A stretch of 64,000 bases of DNA. Source: Candidatus Bathyarchaeota archaeon. Lineage in GTDB: Archaea; Thermoproteota; Bathyarchaeia; Bathyarchaeales; Bathycorpusculaceae. The notes beneath the pieces are model-generated. The model was not told the origin of the DNA. It saw only the letters and a program-made list of their open reading frames with translations, and did no database searches. Both the position numbers and the translations under genes were made by a program. This document shows, in pieces, positions 61,463 through 64,000 of the stretch (positions are counted from its first letter, which is position 1; every line of letters starts with the position of its first letter). Where the stretch lies: contig CAVYRJ010000011.1 of assembly GCA_963770935.1 (NCBI GenBank), positions 96,001 through 160,000 of the forward strand, read 5' to 3'.

Positions 61463-61764
61463 TCCAAGCTTTTGAAGTAGTATTTCTTTCCGCCTTTTTC
61501 TTCATAAAGAACTAACCCGAGTTCAAGAAGGCCTGAAAGATGTTGTGAAACATTAGGTTGAGTGGTCATGAGTTCAGAAGCAATGTCGCCAACTGTGTGT
61601 TTGTTATCACAGAGTTCATAAATTTTTTTCTTAGTTTCGGTCTTCAAAATGCTATCCTTTGCTTTCATAATTGCTTCGCCGTTGGCAAGTTTTAAAACTG
61701 AAAGTATTTTCTGCAAAAGTTGCTTAATCTCAATGTCATTTTGATCCATTTGATTCTCAAGCAC
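61459..61764 (-). CDS. ArsR-like wHTH protein
   Basis: KIYELCDNKHTVGDIASEL..TQPNVSQHLSGLLELGLV..GKKYY. Confidence 0.82.
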   Translation of the reverse strand: MLENQMDQNDIEIKQLLQKILSVLKLANGEAIMKAKDSILKTETKKKIYELCDNKHTVGDIASELMTTQPNVSQHLSGLLELGLVLYEEKGGKKYYFKSLE

Positions 61765-61800
61765 CCACCTAACCTATTGATTAATTGTGCTTATAATGTT

Positions 61801-62288
61801 TGTGATATTTCAGGATGTCAAGTTACTCATTAAGATACTAACTTAGATCTATTTTACATTTTGTTAAATTTCTAATAATTTTAGAGTTTTTGTAAAGATT
61901 ATAGATATATACAATAAATTGAAGATATATGTAATGATAATGATTGTCTACGAGCTATGAAGGTCTCGTGAAGATATTGTTAAATTATAGTGACGAATTA
62001 CTCACTAAGAATTTTTTTGCCTCCAAATCAACCAAAAAAGCATCATTTTAATAATTAACTAGCCTACTCATCAATGTCAGTTCCAATTGTCTTATAAGAT
62101 CATATCAATACGCTCATTGGTTCATTAATGGTTAAGCGATGTCAATATATTATATTTTACAAATCCTGAGATTAGCAATTTTTTAACATCAATTTACCTA
62201 TTTTTTATGCGTTAGAATCAGACATCTATGTTTGTCATAAGGTTGTGGAATGATTAAGATAAAGAAGATCCTAACTGAGATTTTCACA
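61801..62288 (+). ncRNA. Candidate AU-rich structured RNA (about 490 nt)
   Basis: ORF-free; end-to-end pairing and nested stems with G.U on the + strand. Confidence 0.35.
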
Positions 62289-62327
62289 TAAGGCGCTATT
62301 ATGTAGGCAATGCTCGATAAACCCCAT

Positions 62328-62974
62328 AGTCGGTGTACCTCTAATCAAAACTCAAATTTTATCAGAATATTTTAGAAAAGATTTTTGGACACAACCTTGT
62401 GGGCAACTGGTGACCGGACGGAATAACATTTCTGCCTCTGCGGAATTTTTGGTTAACTGGAAAGTACCCGTCAAACCGGTGATGTAATTATCACCAGCGA
62501 TTGGGTGCTTACTTGCTTGGATAATATGATTTAACTCGCTTAACTCAAATTGGGAGCCTTTCCTCAGATCGACGGAGAACTGGCCGAGGTCCCAAAAACG
62601 AGTTAGACGAGTCAAAGGACAATAAAAAACGTGAGGAAATTAATAACTTATAATAGTGTCATGATCATGGACGTTTTCGGGGCCATTACAATTAGCCCGG
62701 GTCCCCGTGATTCTCGTTCATATTGTTGCAGGGTGGCAACTTGGCGCGGAAACACCTGAAAAGGAGCTCAATTTGTCTCTCTCCTATAAACCGTTTTTGG
62801 AGGATCAACCCTATTAAGAACTCAAGCCTGAGGAAACTCCAAAAGTGGTTTATACGAGTTAAATGATTTGCCTAAATCGGGGTCTAATTAGTGTCTCTCG
62901 AGGACACAATGAACGTAGAATAGAAGAAAGCGCAAGACTTAGGAAGCCTAAGGGAGCCTTCCATGGCACCGATT
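62328..62974 (+). ncRNA. Candidate large structured RNA (about 650 nt)
   Basis: 5'/3' closing helix, an 18-bp helix with tandem G.U, more than 10 further nested stems, T-run at the 3' end. Confidence 0.6.
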
Positions 62975-63124
62975 TTTAACATAACAGTTCAGACGTTCAT
63001 TAACCGAGTTCAAATTGCTTTCTGAAAATCTTGAATCAATTTATAAGCCGAGTTGAGTTAGCAAAGGCAAAGTGAAAAAGCAGTCGTATTGCCCCTCAAT
63101 TTAGTTTTAATAAACATTATTTGT

Positions 63125-63721
63125 CTAACTGGATAAATCCCCTTGCTTCTTCTGTAACCCGCGCAGCTTCAAAAAAGAATATTCTTCTTCTTGCCGCTTC
63201 AATTCGGAATCCAAAATATCTCGTATCTTGTTAAAATAAAAACAATCGAAAAGTGTACTGTTTGGGAGTGCGTCTGGAGATATGGCGATGTTCGGAGTTT
63301 TTTTGCGCTTGGGATCCTTAAAATATTCTACCACTCTATGTACCGGAATAAGCGCTTGTGTAGTGTTTTCTCCAAGCTTGTCAAAACCGGCTAGAAACAG
63401 GAAATTTCCGGATTCACTGTAAAACGCTTCATTGAGTTTATTTTCCTTTTCATCTTTGACACACCATCGCCAGCTACTTTCAGCCACAGGCGTCGAGCCT
63501 TTAACCTGAATATCTATTTCCGCGTGTTCTTTCCTATAAACATAGTCTACCCCAATATTATCTGCGGCTCTTGTTGCACCGATTAATCTCCAATCCAAAA
63601 GGATCATTGTTTTTTCCAATAAATTCGTTGCAAGGCCGTCCGTTTTTTCGCTGTCTTCTGGTTTCTTGGATGGTGTCCTGAGAAGTAATCGCGGGGTGTG
63701 ATGTTTAGGTAATTTCTCCAT
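63125..63721 (-). CDS. DUF4365-like PD-(D/E)xK endonuclease-fold protein
   Basis: DNIGVDY....IDIQVKG. Confidence 0.65.
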   Translation of the reverse strand: MEKLPKHHTPRLLLRTPSKKPEDSEKTDGLATNLLEKTMILLDWRLIGATRAADNIGVDYVYRKEHAEIDIQVKGSTPVAESSWRWCVKDEKENKLNEAFYSESGNFLFLAGFDKLGENTTQALIPVHRVVEYFKDPKRKKTPNIAISPDALPNSTLFDCFYFNKIRDILDSELKRQEEEYSFLKLRGLQKKQGDLSS

Positions 63722-63745
63722 TTATTTTTGATCTCCTTTGAAACT

Positions 63746-63913
63746 TTACTCATCTATTTTCTCGACAATTAACTTATCCCCATTAATCCTAACTTTCACT
63801 CGGCTCGGAATATGGAAAGGGAATGCGCTATCAAGCATTAAATGGCTCGGCAGATACAAAATTCCAGTCGAACTTTTGGATGATTTTTCGATTTTTGTAG
63901 TTCCTTCTATCAT
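63746..63913 (-). CDS. AbrB/SpoVT-like small DNA-binding protein
   Basis: LYLPSHLMLDSAFPF...VKVRINGDKLIVE. Confidence 0.65.
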   Translation of the reverse strand: MIEGTTKIEKSSKSSTGILYLPSHLMLDSAFPFHIPSRVKVRINGDKLIVEKIDE

Positions 63914-64000
63914 GTTTTGCAAGTCCTTATGATATAACATAATTCGTTCTTTATAAGATATACTATAAAATATATTATAAGATAGTATTAAATATGTGTG

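Larger units (their letters stand above)
52461..64000. mobile_element. Integrated element B / defence island (right end outside window)
   Basis: Starts at att followed by intC; defence-like cargo; no closing att seen in the window. Confidence 0.75.

Noticed and set aside
62352-62615. 87-aa minus-strand ORF and other short ORFs in 62300-63050
   Set aside because: No recognisable motifs or start context; the extensive base-pairing explains the sequence better.
62830-62840. GAGGAAACTCC as RNase P RNA, or the region as a group I/II intron or hammerhead
   Set aside because: The CTCC is taken up by the local 18-bp helix and I find no matching 3' P4 strand, group II domain V, group I P7 or CTGANGA core.

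Overview
Archaeal chromosomal segment, most consistent with Bathyarchaeia/TACK on gene content and order (inference). About 1-42.8 kb is core or lineage genome. It includes fen1, EF-1beta, Cdc48, GGR, Pth2, TruD, NMNAT, a non-catalytic proteasome beta, NadC, RlmE, TFE-beta, the KEOPS/rps15 operon, TrxB, a (ferredoxin-MvhD)x2-NfnAB operon, the AMP phosphorylase/form III RuBisCO/R15P isomerase cluster, a GH3 protein and a protein O-mannosylation locus. From 43.1 kb onward lie tandem integrated elements bounded by an identical 46-bp copy of the tRNA-Thr(GGT) 3' half (43112-43157 and 52461-52506) that splits SSV1-type tyrosine integrases. Element A carries a compact protein-primed-type PolB. Element B carries defence-like cargo: phosphoesterase + HSP90-like ATPase, PD-(D/E)xK nucleases, and a tight operon of four small paralogous HTH proteins followed by a wHTH-TIR-helical effector. 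Both elements contain 500-650 nt ORF-poor segments with dense nested helices containing G.U pairs, suggesting large structured ncRNAs; two lie divergent from the HTH/TIR operon. That operon plus the adjacent RNA candidates is my best candidate for an undescribed system. Many single-base frameshifts, including in essential genes, point to long-read consensus errors. All calls come from motif recognition by eye; no searches or folding programs were run.
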